From positions 3,537-67,536 of the forward strand of contig NZ_DAISXK010000011.1 in NCBI RefSeq assembly GCF_036825875.1: a DNA stretch of 64,000 nt, given 5' to 3'. Numbering within the stretch: position 1 is the stretch's first letter; each line of letters starts with the position of its first letter. The translations under genes and the position numbers were made by a program. The stretch is from Paucihalobacter sp. Lineage in GTDB: Bacteria; Bacteroidota; Bacteroidia; Flavobacteriales; Flavobacteriaceae. Under the pieces are notes generated by a model. It was given only the letters and a program-made list of their open reading frames with translations, was not told where the DNA came from and searched no databases. Positions 48,095 through 58,079 of this stretch are shown one piece after another.

Positions 48095-50128
48095 TTAAAT
48101 TAATCCGTTATATTTTCTGATAAACCACTCTAAACCTAATGCCAACGCTAGCAAAGCCAACAAAAATTTAAAGTCCAGCAAAGGTACAATATTTTTACTG
48201 CTTTTCTGCACTGTTTTATAACGAGAATCGCTAAGTAAATCAAAAATCAAGGCATCAACAGTGTCAATAAAATAAGATTTACCACCACTTTGCTGCGCTA
48301 TCGATTGTAGTTTTGAAAAATTAGGATTTAAGAGTTGTGCTTCCACATTGTAATCCAATATCTTGATACTACCAGATTTTGAAATATTCTCATTAGATTC
48401 AGTAATGGTAAAGTCGAAATCGCCCGAAGGCAAACTGTTTAAATCTACTTCATATTTATTGCCATTCAGCAATAACGGATAGTTTATTTCTTCGCCGGTT
48501 TCTTGATTTTTAAGCGAAATATTTAATTGTGCATTACTTTCAAACTCATAATTTTTATTAAAGAATTGTACCGTGATGATGATATTGTCACTTCCATTAT
48601 AGAATGTCTGAAAATCAATATTTAGCCTTGTTCGTTGCTTATTTGAACTGAGATATTGAACGAGTTTACCCACGAAATTGTCAAATTCAACAAACGATTG
48701 TTGATCTAAATAACTTTGCGCACGCCACTTCCAAATATCTTCGCCTAATAACACTGCTGCCCGCTTAGTGTTGATTTCTAAAGTTGCGAGTAAAGCTTCC
48801 TCTGTTTCAAAACCATTAATTACCTTGTAAAGTAAAACATCGTGTGGGACATTAAATACACATTCGCCAAACTCCGACTGCAGCGGTGGAAATGCATTAA
48901 AATCTAAATCGTCAACTATAAAATTTCCATAACCAGGGTTGAGTGTCGTTTGATAATTTTCATATTGATTAGTAATAGTTTGTGTGAAATAGTTTTGTAA
49001 ACTATTCAAGGCGCGCCAATCGGTTTGCTTTCCACCAATAATAAACATGTTTTGATCTAGCCGACTTAAAATTTCGAATAACGGCTTAAAACTATTGTTA
49101 GGCTGATATAGAATAAACAATTGAAATTCATCTATTTTAGTAATCGCATCTTGATTATTTAAAATTGTGGCTGAACGCTGTTCATTCGTTTCAATACTTT
49201 TTTTGAGCATTCCTAAATCTGGGTGCACTATTTCGGAAACGATGGCCACATTAGATTTTTCGTCAACCACTTCAACAGCAAAATTTTTGACATTGTTAGT
49301 TATATTTTTCTCTTCTACCATTGGCACCACTTCAACCTTGTAAGTCTTGAGTCCGACCGTTTCGGCAAGCATGGTGGTATTGATTACTTTCGAACTATTT
49401 TCTGGGCTAAATTGCACATTTTCAGAAAATATAGTTGCATTACCTGAAGTGATTTTTATTTGGGAATTAACAGTTTCTTTTCCTTCGTACACGGCAATGA
49501 CTTCAACCGGAAATCTATTTTTTAAAAAAGCGTAACGGTTGACGTTTAACTGCTGAATTTTTAAATCGTTGTATTGAATGGTATCACCCAATACAATCGG
49601 ATAAATAGGTTGCTTTTTAATGGCTGAAATATACTGATAATCTGTTCCGTAGGTCTGATTCCCATCAGTTAAAAAAACGAAAGCAGCGTTGCTCTCGCGA
49701 TAGATATCATGAAGATTTCCTATAGCTTTCGAAATATTTGATTGTCCGCTCGAAAAATTCAGACTATCTAGTTTAATTAATTCGGCATCGAACTGAAATG
49801 TTTCAATATTGAATCGTTTATTTAATTCGGTATTACTTTTTAAAGTATTAAGCGTTTGTTGCGCTTTATCAGTTTGGTTTAAAAACGCTATCGATTCTGA
49901 ATTATCGACAGCAATTACCAAATTCGGCTTCTCGTAATAATAGTTAAGATTTTCGAATTTAGGATTGATGAGTAATAGCAATAAGGTAAATACTGTTACG
50001 AATCTCAAAACAGCCAATGTAGTGCTGAGATTTTTGTTTAGTTTTGACCCAAGTTTATATTGAAAAAGCGCTATCAATAGCGCTAATACAATTGATAGTA
50101 TAATATAAACTACGGTGAGGTTTGTCAT
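48095..50128 (-). CDS. membrane-anchored VWA-like protein (N-terminal double-TM, C-terminal TM)
   Basis: 677 aa with two N-terminal TM helices, a MIDAS-like motif AVDNSES (DxSxS), and a C-terminal TM ending LEWFIRKYNGLI (BatA/BatB-like architecture). Confidence 0.65.
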   Translation of the reverse strand: MTNLTVVYIILSIVLALLIALFQYKLGSKLNKNLSTTLAVLRFVTVFTLLLLLINPKFENLNYYYEKPNLVIAVDNSESIAFLNQTDKAQQTLNTLKSNTELNKRFNIETFQFDAELIKLDSLNFSSGQSNISKAIGNLHDIYRESNAAFVFLTDGNQTYGTDYQYISAIKKQPIYPIVLGDTIQYNDLKIQQLNVNRYAFLKNRFPVEVIAVYEGKETVNSQIKITSGNATIFSENVQFSPENSSKVINTTMLAETVGLKTYKVEVVPMVEEKNITNNVKNFAVEVVDEKSNVAIVSEIVHPDLGMLKKSIETNEQRSATILNNQDAITKIDEFQLFILYQPNNSFKPLFEILSRLDQNMFIIGGKQTDWRALNSLQNYFTQTITNQYENYQTTLNPGYGNFIVDDLDFNAFPPLQSEFGECVFNVPHDVLLYKVINGFETEEALLATLEINTKRAAVLLGEDIWKWRAQSYLDQQSFVEFDNFVGKLVQYLSSNKQRTRLNIDFQTFYNGSDNIIITVQFFNKNYEFESNAQLNISLKNQETGEEINYPLLLNGNKYEVDLNSLPSGDFDFTITESNENISKSGSIKILDYNVEAQLLNPNFSKLQSIAQQSGGKSYFIDTVDALIFDLLSDSRYKTVQKSSKNIVPLLDFKFLLALLALALGLEWFIRKYNGLI

Positions 50129-50158
50129 ATAAAACTGAAGTATACTTTTTGTGAAAAA

Positions 50159-50905
50159 TTAGGTCAACATGCCGCCATCAACATTAAGTGTTTGTCCTGT
50201 AACATAAGCACTCATGTCGCTAGCTAAAAACACACAAGCATTGGCAATATCTTCCGGGGTGCCACCTCGTTTTAATGGAATGGCATCTCTCCAACTTTTC
50301 ACAGTGTTTTCGTCTAATTTAGCAGTCATTTCGGTTTCGATAAACCCCGGCGCAATCACGTTACTTCTTATGTTTCTTGAACCTAGTTCTAAAGCTACCG
50401 ATTTTGAAAACCCAATAATTCCAGCTTTTGATGCAGCATAATTGGTTTGGCCAGCATTTCCTTTAACACCAACCACCGAACTCATATTGATGATGGAACC
50501 TTTGCGTTGCTTTAGCATCGCACGTTGCACGGCTTTGGTCATATTAAATACCGATTTTAAATTGACTTCAATTACTTTGTCGAAGTCTTCCTCGCCCATT
50601 CGCATGAGCAGGTTATCTTTTGTAATACCAGCGTTGTTAACTAAAATATCGATGCTGCCAAACTCAGCCAAAACATCCTCAGCGAGTTGTTGTGATTCGG
50701 TAAAATTGGAAGCATCACTTTTATAACCTTTAGCTTTAACACCTAAAGCAGTTAATTCCTTTTCTAACTCTAAAGCAGCTTCTGATGATGAACTATAAGT
50801 AAACGCAACATTGGCGCCATGTTGAGCAAAAACTTGTGCGATACCTTTACCAATTCCACGACTTGCTCCCGTGATGATGGCGTTTTTTCCTTCAAGTAAT
50901 TTCAT
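50159..50905 (-). CDS. fabG: 3-oxoacyl-[acyl-carrier-protein] reductase
   Basis: 248 aa with TGASRGIG, NNAGIT, YAASKAG and the C-terminal GQTLNVDGGM motif. Confidence 0.9.
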   Translation of the reverse strand: MKLLEGKNAIITGASRGIGKGIAQVFAQHGANVAFTYSSSSEAALELEKELTALGVKAKGYKSDASNFTESQQLAEDVLAEFGSIDILVNNAGITKDNLLMRMGEEDFDKVIEVNLKSVFNMTKAVQRAMLKQRKGSIINMSSVVGVKGNAGQTNYAASKAGIIGFSKSVALELGSRNIRSNVIAPGFIETEMTAKLDENTVKSWRDAIPLKRGGTPEDIANACVFLASDMSAYVTGQTLNVDGGMLT

Positions 50906-51009
50906 GAAAATAGATTGTTATTTATTATTTGATTTGTGATACGCTTGTATTTTACAAAGTAAAGGCTTGTAAAGCGTAAATATAATTAAACCTTCAAAGT
51001 TATTGAATT

Positions 51010-51056
51010 AAAAACCTCACAAAATTACCAGAATTGATGGTAAAAGTGTGAGGTTT
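51010..51056 (-). terminator. possible terminator after sucD
   Basis: aaacctcaca (51012-51021) pairs with tgtgaggttt (51047-51056) around a 25-nt loop. The minus strand continues with a T-run. The long loop makes this tentative. Confidence 0.35.
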
Positions 51057-51074
51057 TAGAACACTAGAATTAAA

Positions 51075-51947
51075 TTACCCCATTACTTGGGCCACTTTTT
51101 TTCCTATTTCTGCTGGAGAATCCACTACATGAATTCCGCAATCACGCATAATTTTTTTCTTTGCCTGAGCTGTGTCATCGCTTCCACCAACAATAGCACC
51201 TGCATGCCCCATGGTACGACCTGCCGGCGCAGTTTCACCAGCAATAAAACCAACGATAGGTTTTTTACTACCACTTTCTTTATACCAACGTGCTGCATCG
51301 GCTTCTAACTGACCGCCGATTTCACCGATCATTACAACGCATTCGGTTTCCGGATCGTTGATTAACAATTCAACCGCTTCTTTGGTAGTAGTTCCGATAA
51401 TTGGGTCACCACCAATACCAATAGCCGTGGTAATTCCTAGTCCTTGTTTTACAACTTGGTCAGCAGCTTCGTAGGTTAAAGTTCCGGATTTTGAAACAAT
51501 TCCAACAGTTCCTTTTTTGAAAACAAAACCTGGCATGATACCAACCTTAGCTTCTTCAGGGGTGATCACTCCTGGACAATTCGGTCCGATTAAGCGGCAA
51601 TTTTTATTTTTTATATAATTAGATGCTGTTATCATATCCGCAACGGGGATACCTTCGGTAATAGTAATAATAACTTTTATTCCGGCATCGGCAGCTTCCA
51701 TAATGGCATCGGCCGCAAATGCTGGTGGCACAAAAATAATAGTAGTATCGGCACCAACTTCGTTTACAGCGTCTAAAACCGTATTGAAAACTGGTTTGTC
51801 TAAATGAGTTTGACCGCCTTTTCCAGGCGTTACGCCACCAACAACATTGGTTCCGTACTCTATCATTTGGCTGGCGTGAAAGGTACCTTCACTGCCTGTA
51901 AAGCCTTGTACAATTATTTTTGAATCTTTATTTACTAAAACGCTCAT
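51075..51947 (-). CDS. sucD: succinate--CoA ligase subunit alpha
   Basis: 290 aa with QGFTGSEGTFH, SKSGTLTYE and the phosphohistidine loop MGHAGAIV. Confidence 0.95.
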   Translation of the reverse strand: MSVLVNKDSKIIVQGFTGSEGTFHASQMIEYGTNVVGGVTPGKGGQTHLDKPVFNTVLDAVNEVGADTTIIFVPPAFAADAIMEAADAGIKVIITITEGIPVADMITASNYIKNKNCRLIGPNCPGVITPEEAKVGIMPGFVFKKGTVGIVSKSGTLTYEAADQVVKQGLGITTAIGIGGDPIIGTTTKEAVELLINDPETECVVMIGEIGGQLEADAARWYKESGSKKPIVGFIAGETAPAGRTMGHAGAIVGGSDDTAQAKKKIMRDCGIHVVDSPAEIGKKVAQVMG

Positions 51948-51980
51948 CGATTATAATTTTTATAAGTTTAAAAACTGTTG

Positions 51981-51988
51981 CAAAAGTA
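51981..51988 (-). promoter_or_regulatory. candidate -7 box (TAnnTTTG) for sucD
   Basis: The minus strand reads TACTTTTG, 34 nt upstream of the ATG at 51947. Confidence 0.4.
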
Positions 51989-52046
51989 AGCCTTACAAGC
52001 TAAAATTTAAAATGTAAGTCGTACTTTTATTAAGAAATTATGAATG

Positions 52047-52988
52047 TTACTCGGTCTTATTTTTTAAGTGTTCTAAAATTTTCGGAATTTGTTTGATGGA
52101 TGCCAATTGTTTAAGCTTGGCTCTTGATTCTTCCGCTGGATTTCCGTAGTAGGTTTTTCCTCCTTCAACAGATTTGCTAACACCAGATTGCCCCAAAATA
52201 ACTGCCTTTGCACCTATGGTTATACCACTCGTAAAACCAGCTTGTCCCCAAATTGTAACTTCATCTTCAACTATTACACAACCTGCAATTCCAGTTTGTG
52301 ATGCAATCAAGCATTTTTTACCAATAATGGTATCATGGCCTACTTGAATTTGATTGTCTAATTTACTACCTTCTTTAATGGTTGTACTCGCCGTTACACC
52401 GCGGTCTATAGTACAACAAGCGCCAATATCAACATGATTTTCGATCACCACATTTCCACCTGACTTAAGCTGATCATAGCCTTCTGGACGCTTTTTGTAG
52501 TAGAATGCGTTTGCGCCTAAAACAGTTCCTGCATGAATGGTAACATAATCGCCGATAATGGTGTCGTCGTAAATACTTACATTGGAATGAATAAGGCAGT
52601 GTTTACCAATTTGAACATTATTACCAATAAAACAATTAGGTTGAATTACAGTATGCTCGCCTATTTTAGCTGATGCTGAAATGGCCGAAGTTGCAGCAAC
52701 GAAAGGCTTAAAATACTGGGTGAGTTTATTGAAATCTCTGAAAGGATCATCGCTAATTAATAATGCTTTCCCTTTTGGACATTCAACTTTTTTATTTATT
52801 AAAACTATAGTCGCCGCTGATTGCAAGGCTTTATCGTAATACTTTGGATGGTCCACAAATACGATATCGCCTGGTTGAACCACATGAATTTCGTTCATCC
52901 CTAAAACAGGAAAATCTTCAGGACCAACGAATGGACATTCGATAATTTGGGCAATTTGTTTTAGAGCATATGGCTGTGGAAACTTCAT
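52047..52988 (-). CDS. lpxD: UDP-3-O-(3-hydroxyacyl)glucosamine N-acyltransferase, short paralogue
   Basis: 313 aa with left-handed beta-helix hexapeptide repeats and the LpxD-type motif QIQVGHDTIIG. Its ATG overlaps the efp stop (TAATG). Confidence 0.8.
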   Translation of the reverse strand: MKFPQPYALKQIAQIIECPFVGPEDFPVLGMNEIHVVQPGDIVFVDHPKYYDKALQSAATIVLINKKVECPKGKALLISDDPFRDFNKLTQYFKPFVAATSAISASAKIGEHTVIQPNCFIGNNVQIGKHCLIHSNVSIYDDTIIGDYVTIHAGTVLGANAFYYKKRPEGYDQLKSGGNVVIENHVDIGACCTIDRGVTASTTIKEGSKLDNQIQVGHDTIIGKKCLIASQTGIAGCVIVEDEVTIWGQAGFTSGITIGAKAVILGQSGVSKSVEGGKTYYGNPAEESRAKLKQLASIKQIPKILEHLKNKTE

Positions 52989-53560
52989 TACTCTTTAACG
53001 CGCTCTTTATAAGTTCCTTTTTCTGTTTCTACCTTAATCTTATCCCCTTCGTTAATAAAAAGCGGGACATTAACAATGGCGCCCGTTTCTACAGTTGCTG
53101 GTTTTGTGGCATTGGTTGCCGTATTCCCTTTAACTCCAGGTTCGGTGTGGGTTACTTCTAAAACTACACTTGAGGGCATATCAACCGATAACGGTGCACC
53201 ACCATCTTCAGCGTTTATTAAAACCGTAACTACTTCTCCTTCTTTAAGTAAATCAGGTGAATCTAAAGTAGATTTTTGAAGGGTAATCTGGTTGTAATCA
53301 TCAGTATTCATAAAATGAAAAGTCTCACCTTCAGCATACAAAAACTGATAACTATGCGTTTCTACTCTTACTTCTTCAATTTTATGTCCAGCAGAAAAGG
53401 TATTATCAATTACCTTTCCGGTGGTGACACTCTTTAATTTTGTACGAACAAATGCCGGACCTTTCCCAGGTTTTACGTGTAAAAATTCTATTACTTTAAA
53501 AATATCATGATTGTATCGTATACACAATCCGTTTCTTATATCTGAAGTACTTGTTGCCAT
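52988..53560 (-). CDS. efp: elongation factor P
   Basis: 190 aa with the VKPGKGPAFVRTKLK loop and three OB/KOW-like domains. Confidence 0.95.
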   Translation of the reverse strand: MATSTSDIRNGLCIRYNHDIFKVIEFLHVKPGKGPAFVRTKLKSVTTGKVIDNTFSAGHKIEEVRVETHSYQFLYAEGETFHFMNTDDYNQITLQKSTLDSPDLLKEGEVVTVLINAEDGGAPLSVDMPSSVVLEVTHTEPGVKGNTATNATKPATVETGAIVNVPLFINEGDKIKVETEKGTYKERVKE

Positions 53561-53598
53561 TAGGTTTTTATTAAAATTTATAAAATGATTTATGTTTA

Positions 53599-54384
53599 TT
53601 AATTTGATTTGAAATAGCCTTTCATAATCCCGCGGTGAGAGTTTTTAATGAATTGTAAAATTTCATCGCGTTCTGGTGTGGCTTCCATTTCGGCTTCAAT
53701 GATTTCGGCCGCCTGGGTATTGTTGTAATTCTTTTGATAAAGTATTCTGTATATATTTTGAATTTCTTTGATTTTATCAGCCGAAAAACCACGTCTTCGC
53801 AATCCAACCGAATTAATTCCAACATAAGAAAGCGGCTCCCGTGCTGCCTTTACAAACGGTGGCACATCTTTTCTAACCAGTGAACCACCTGTTACAAAAG
53901 CATGATTACCGATAGCACAAAACTGATGTACGGCAGTCATACCAGCCAAAACAACGTAATCGCCAATCGTTATATGACCAGCGAGCGTACTGTTATTTGA
54001 AAATATACAATTGTTGCCAACTATGCAATCGTGCGCAATGTGACAATAAGCCATAATTAAACAATTATCCCCTACAACGGTTTTCATTTTATCGGTAGTG
54101 CCACGATTAATAGTAACACACTCGCGTATGGTTACATTGTTACCGATTTCAACCGTGGTATCTTCGTCGTTATATTTTAGGTCTTGTGGCACAGCAGAAA
54201 TCACTGCTCCAGGAAAAATACTGCAATTTTTGCCAATACGCGCGCCTTCCATAATAGTCACGTTACTGCCTATCCACGTACCTTCGCCTATAACAACATT
54301 GTTGTGAATGGTGGTAAACGGTTCTATTACAACATTTTTGGCTATTTTAGCGCCTGGATGTACATATGCTAAGGGTTGATTCAT
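53599..54384 (-). CDS. lpxA: acyl-ACP--UDP-N-acetylglucosamine O-acyltransferase
   Basis: 261 aa with hexapeptide repeats, HIAHDC (catalytic His region) and a C-terminal helical domain. Confidence 0.92.
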   Translation of the reverse strand: MNQPLAYVHPGAKIAKNVVIEPFTTIHNNVVIGEGTWIGSNVTIMEGARIGKNCSIFPGAVISAVPQDLKYNDEDTTVEIGNNVTIRECVTINRGTTDKMKTVVGDNCLIMAYCHIAHDCIVGNNCIFSNNSTLAGHITIGDYVVLAGMTAVHQFCAIGNHAFVTGGSLVRKDVPPFVKAAREPLSYVGINSVGLRRRGFSADKIKEIQNIYRILYQKNYNNTQAAEIIEAEMEATPERDEILQFIKNSHRGIMKGYFKSN

Positions 54385-54390
54385 CTTAAT

Positions 54391-54891
54391 TTATTTTACT
54401 TTTGAAATTTGAGCCATTAATTCGGCTTCTGCACATAATTTACCATTTGCATAGGCATAACCTTGCATATGGCAAATACCGCGACGTATTGGTGTAATCA
54501 ATTCACATTTAAATAGTAACGTGTCTCCGGGAACTACTTTTTGTTTGAACTTGACGTTATCTATTTTCATGAAAAAGGTTAGGTAATTTTCAGGATCAGG
54601 CACGGTGCTTAATACTAAAATACCACCTGTTTGGGCCATAGCTTCAACTATAATTACGCCAGGCATTACCGGTGCTCCAGGGAAATGCCCTTGGAAAAAA
54701 CTTTCGTTCATGGTGACGTTTTTCATGCCAATAACATGATGATCGGAAAGCTCGAAAATTTTATCGATAAATAAAAACGGCTGCCGGTGCGGCAATATAT
54801 TCATAATTTGACATACATCCATTAGTGGTTCTTGGTTGATGTCAATATTTGGTACGTTGTTACGACGTTCATTTTTAATAATTTTAGACAT
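54391..54891 (-). CDS. fabZ: FabZ-domain ORF (3-hydroxyacyl-ACP dehydratase)
   Basis: 166 aa with [27 protein letters not shown] (catalytic His) and EAMAQTGG. It has its own in-frame ATG and so could be expressed separately. Confidence 0.75.
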   Translation of the reverse strand: MSKIIKNERRNNVPNIDINQEPLMDVCQIMNILPHRQPFLFIDKIFELSDHHVIGMKNVTMNESFFQGHFPGAPVMPGVIIVEAMAQTGGILVLSTVPDPENYLTFFMKIDNVKFKQKVVPGDTLLFKCELITPIRRGICHMQGYAYANGKLCAEAELMAQISKVK

Positions 54892-54943
54892 CTTTTTTGC
54901 GAATTGTGTATTGATGTAATGTCCAGGTTTGTTCGCAATTACC

Positions 54944-55750
54944 TTACCTTGAATAGGTGTACCTATCGTTAGGGTGATGCAAGGTTAGGTTATCTAAAAT
55001 TCCGTTGGGTTTGACAGAAATAGATTCCTTATTAAAGGCCACTTTTAATTTTTCCATCGTTTCGGGAGATAGCTTTTTATCAACATACACAATGGCGTTG
55101 TTTAAATCACCACCTTTTATTAGTCCGTTTTCCAAAAGCATTTCAAGTTCATGTAAAAAACTAAAGGTTCTGCTATCGGAAATTTCATCTTTAAAGTCGG
55201 AGACTTGATTTAAGGTGGCGTTTTGAGTTCCTAATACCTTGGTGCCAAAATCAACCATAGTAGTGACCTTATATTCTGTGGATGGCATGACTAGTATTTC
55301 ACTGCCAGATTCTTCGTCGGTGTACGAAATAATATCTGTAACTACATACACTTCCCTAACCGCATCTTGTTCAACTATTTGAGCCTTTTCAATGGCTTCC
55401 ACAAAAAATTTAGAAGAACCATCCATAATTGGTGGCTCGGAAGCATTTAATTCTATAATTGCATTGTCAACACCCATTCCAACTAATGCCGCCAAAACAT
55501 GCTCACAAGTTTGAATTGTAACGCCATTTTTCTCCAAACAAGTGCCTCGTTGGGTATTAGTTACGTAATTGGCATCAGCTTCAATTACAGGGTTTCCTTC
55601 TAAATCAACACGTTTAAACGCGAATCCGCTATGTATTGGTGCCGGTTTAAACGTAAGTTTAACCAAGTTGCCAGTATGAAGTCCGACACCTTCTAAAGAG
55701 ACTTCATTTTTGATGGTCTTTTGCCTTTGTTCCGTTTTAACTATCGCCAT
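54944..55750 (-). CDS. lpxC: LpxC-domain ORF (truncated, lacks the HKxxDxxGD and GH motifs in frame)
   Basis: 268 aa. N-terminal LpxC motifs are present ([16 protein letters not shown] with the E-H pair). The ORF terminates prematurely after HHPND. Its start overlaps the lpxD 3' end by 14 nt. Confidence 0.7.
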   Translation of the reverse strand: MAIVKTEQRQKTIKNEVSLEGVGLHTGNLVKLTFKPAPIHSGFAFKRVDLEGNPVIEADANYVTNTQRGTCLEKNGVTIQTCEHVLAALVGMGVDNAIIELNASEPPIMDGSSKFFVEAIEKAQIVEQDAVREVYVVTDIISYTDEESGSEILVMPSTEYKVTTMVDFGTKVLGTQNATLNQVSDFKDEISDSRTFSFLHELEMLLENGLIKGGDLNNAIVYVDKKLSPETMEKLKVAFNKESISVKPNGILDNLTLHHPNDRYTYSR

Positions 55751-56765
55751 TTTGTTTACTTTGAAGATGGTTGATATCTTTCATTATTTTAGGTAGATTC
55801 TTAAAATGTACATAGGATTTGTTGTAATCGCCATATCCAAATGCTGGTGAACCTTGCAATACTTCATCGTCTTTTACGTTTCGCCCAATGCCAGATTGCG
55901 CTTGAATTTTAACGTTATTACCGATGGTGATATGTCCAGCAAAACCAACTTGACCACCAATTTGGCAATTTTCACCAATTTTGGTAGAGCCTGCAACTCC
56001 TGTTTGTGCTGCTATTACGGTGTTTTTGCCAATTTCAACGTTATGTGCTATTTGAATTTGATTGTCTAGTTTCACACCCTTTCTTATAATGGTGCTTCCC
56101 AATGTTGCACGATCGATAGTGGTGCATGCGCCAATATCTACATTGTCTTCAATAATTACGTTACCAGTTTGTGGCACTTTTTGATATTCGCCATTTTGAT
56201 CGGGTGCGAAACCAAAACCATCGGCACCAATTATCGCACCTGAATTAATGATACAATTAGCGCCAATAACGCAATCGGAATATATATTAGCACCTGCAAA
56301 AATAATCGTATTGTGTCCAATAGTAACGTTGTCACCTATATATGAATTCGGAAATATTTTTACATTATCACCAATATTAACCTTGTCGCCTATATATGAA
56401 AAAGCGCCGAGGTAAATATCTTTTCCATACAGCGCCGTTTCGGCAATAAAACTCGGTTGTTCAATTCCGAATTTATTCAGCTTAATTTGATTGTAATATG
56501 AAAGTAATTGCGAAAATGCCTTGTAAGCATCATTTACTTTTATTAAAGTTGTGGTTATCGGGTGTTCTGGTACAAAAGCTTTATCTACAATGGTCACAGA
56601 AGCCTTGGTGGTATATATATAGGACTTGTATTTAGGATTCGCCAAAAACGTGAGACTACCAGGAATCCCTTCTTCTATTTTGGCGAGTTTAGAAACTTCA
56701 ACATCCGGATTTCCTTCTATTTCGCCTTCTAAAATACCTGCTATTTGTTGTGCTGTGAATTTCAC
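55737..56765 (-). CDS. lpxD: UDP-3-O-(3-hydroxyacyl)glucosamine N-acyltransferase
   Basis: 342 aa with an N-terminal uridine-binding domain ([16 protein letters not shown]), hexapeptide repeats and [11 protein letters not shown]. Confidence 0.92.
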   Translation of the reverse strand: MKFTAQQIAGILEGEIEGNPDVEVSKLAKIEEGIPGSLTFLANPKYKSYIYTTKASVTIVDKAFVPEHPITTTLIKVNDAYKAFSQLLSYYNQIKLNKFGIEQPSFIAETALYGKDIYLGAFSYIGDKVNIGDNVKIFPNSYIGDNVTIGHNTIIFAGANIYSDCVIGANCIINSGAIIGADGFGFAPDQNGEYQKVPQTGNVIIEDNVDIGACTTIDRATLGSTIIRKGVKLDNQIQIAHNVEIGKNTVIAAQTGVAGSTKIGENCQIGGQVGFAGHITIGNNVKIQAQSGIGRNVKDDEVLQGSPAFGYGDYNKSYVHFKNLPKIMKDINHLQSKQNGDS

Positions 56766-56797
56766 ATGTTAATTTTTTAGCGGTTGGTTGATTACTG

Positions 56798-56805
56798 GCA
56801 AAAAT
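56798..56805 (-). promoter_or_regulatory. candidate -7 box (TAnnTTTG) for the lpxD-lpxC/fabZ-lpxA-efp cluster
   Basis: The minus strand reads TATTTTTG, 33 nt upstream of the ATG at 56765. Confidence 0.4.
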
Positions 56806-56817
56806 AGAAAAAATGTA

Positions 56818-58044
56818 TCATAAACTATTCTTTGGGTAACATATAAAATATTTAACTACAGGTTTTGTAAGTGCCTTCAGGTTTAAATGATCGGAAGCTT
56901 TCACAATGTTTTGAATTTTTCCAATTTTGTAGAGCACGTTGATTTGTTCCTTTTGTAAGGTATAAGCTTGGTTTGAAATCACCCCGTCAAAAATGAAATA
57001 TTTAGCTTCTTCAACTGAAAAATTGTTGGTTTTTGCAAATTCCTGTTGTTTTAGTTTCAATTGGTTTTGATTGATTGGTTTTGATTTGATTTTAACTTTT
57101 AACAACTCTCTATTAATTATCATTTGCGATAGTTGCTTTAAAACTTGGTCATCGTGATATTGCCATTGCTTTACGGCCGATATGATATCGTAATCATCTA
57201 AATTGGCAAAATGCTGGAGTATATCGAAACTAAAATCATTTAAACTCACATCGTTTTCTATAAAATATTGAAGTGGTTTGCTGGCAGAAATTTCTGCGCC
57301 GTTTAAATACAGCCATTTGGCACGTTTTAAAATGCCCATCAATAATTGTTCGGCCACCAAACTGGTTTTGTGTAAATACACTTGCCAATACATGAGACGT
57401 CTGGCTAACAGAAATTTTTCAACGCTGTAAATACCCTTTTCTTCAATCACTAAATCGTCTTCTACCACATTCAGCATACTAATTAAGCGTTCGCTATTGA
57501 TATTGCCTTCAGCCACTCCAGTGTAAAAACTGTCGCGTTTGAGATAATCGGCACGATCCATATCGAGTTGACTTGCGATTAGCTGACACATAAATTTCCG
57601 AGAATAATCGCCCTTAAAAATTTGTATTGCCAGTGTTAAACTTCCGTTAAACTCGGTATTGAGTTGCTCCATAAATTTGAGCGAAATTTGCTCATGACTT
57701 AGGTCTTTAGCAATGCTGTGTTCCAAGGTATGGGAAAACGGCCCATGACCAATATCATGCAAAAGTATGGCCACTAGTAAGGCAGTAGATTCCTCTTCAG
57801 AAATATCAACCTCTTTAGAGCGAAGTGTATAGATAGCTTTTTGCATGAGATGCATGCTGCCCAAAGCGTGATGAAAACGGGTATGATGGGCACCAGGATA
57901 TACCATATATGACAATCCCATTTGGGTAATTCGGCGCAAGCGTTGAAAGTAAGGATGCTCAATTAAATTAAAAATCAATCCGTTGGGAATCGTAATAAAA
58001 CCGTAAATTGGGTCGTTAAATATTTTAAGTTTGTTGATAGGCAT
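56818..58044 (-). CDS. HD domain-containing phosphohydrolase (dNTP triphosphohydrolase-like)
   Basis: 408 aa with HTRFHHALGSMH and LLHDIGHGPFSH (HD motif), then DMDRADYLKRDS. Confidence 0.85.
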   Translation of the reverse strand: MPINKLKIFNDPIYGFITIPNGLIFNLIEHPYFQRLRRITQMGLSYMVYPGAHHTRFHHALGSMHLMQKAIYTLRSKEVDISEEESTALLVAILLHDIGHGPFSHTLEHSIAKDLSHEQISLKFMEQLNTEFNGSLTLAIQIFKGDYSRKFMCQLIASQLDMDRADYLKRDSFYTGVAEGNINSERLISMLNVVEDDLVIEEKGIYSVEKFLLARRLMYWQVYLHKTSLVAEQLLMGILKRAKWLYLNGAEISASKPLQYFIENDVSLNDFSFDILQHFANLDDYDIISAVKQWQYHDDQVLKQLSQMIINRELLKVKIKSKPINQNQLKLKQQEFAKTNNFSVEEAKYFIFDGVISNQAYTLQKEQINVLYKIGKIQNIVKASDHLNLKALTKPVVKYFICYPKNSL

Positions 58045-58079
58045 CAGACGGTAAAATTCAATTGTTTAAACAAATATAC

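Larger units (their letters stand above)
54391..55750 (-). pseudogene. lpxC/fabZ: bifunctional UDP-3-O-acyl-GlcNAc deacetylase / 3-hydroxyacyl-ACP dehydratase (lpxC/fabZ fusion), disrupted by an out-of-frame internal deletion
   Basis: The LpxC frame reads ...[14 protein letters not shown] then RYTYSR-stop (stop at 54944-54946). The FabZ frame is open upstream of its ATG and reads [30 protein letters not shown]... (54966 to 54892), which is the normal LpxC C-terminal segment. The block expected between them (xxRHKxLDxIGDLxL, about 15 aa) is absent and the frames differ. Confidence 0.75.
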
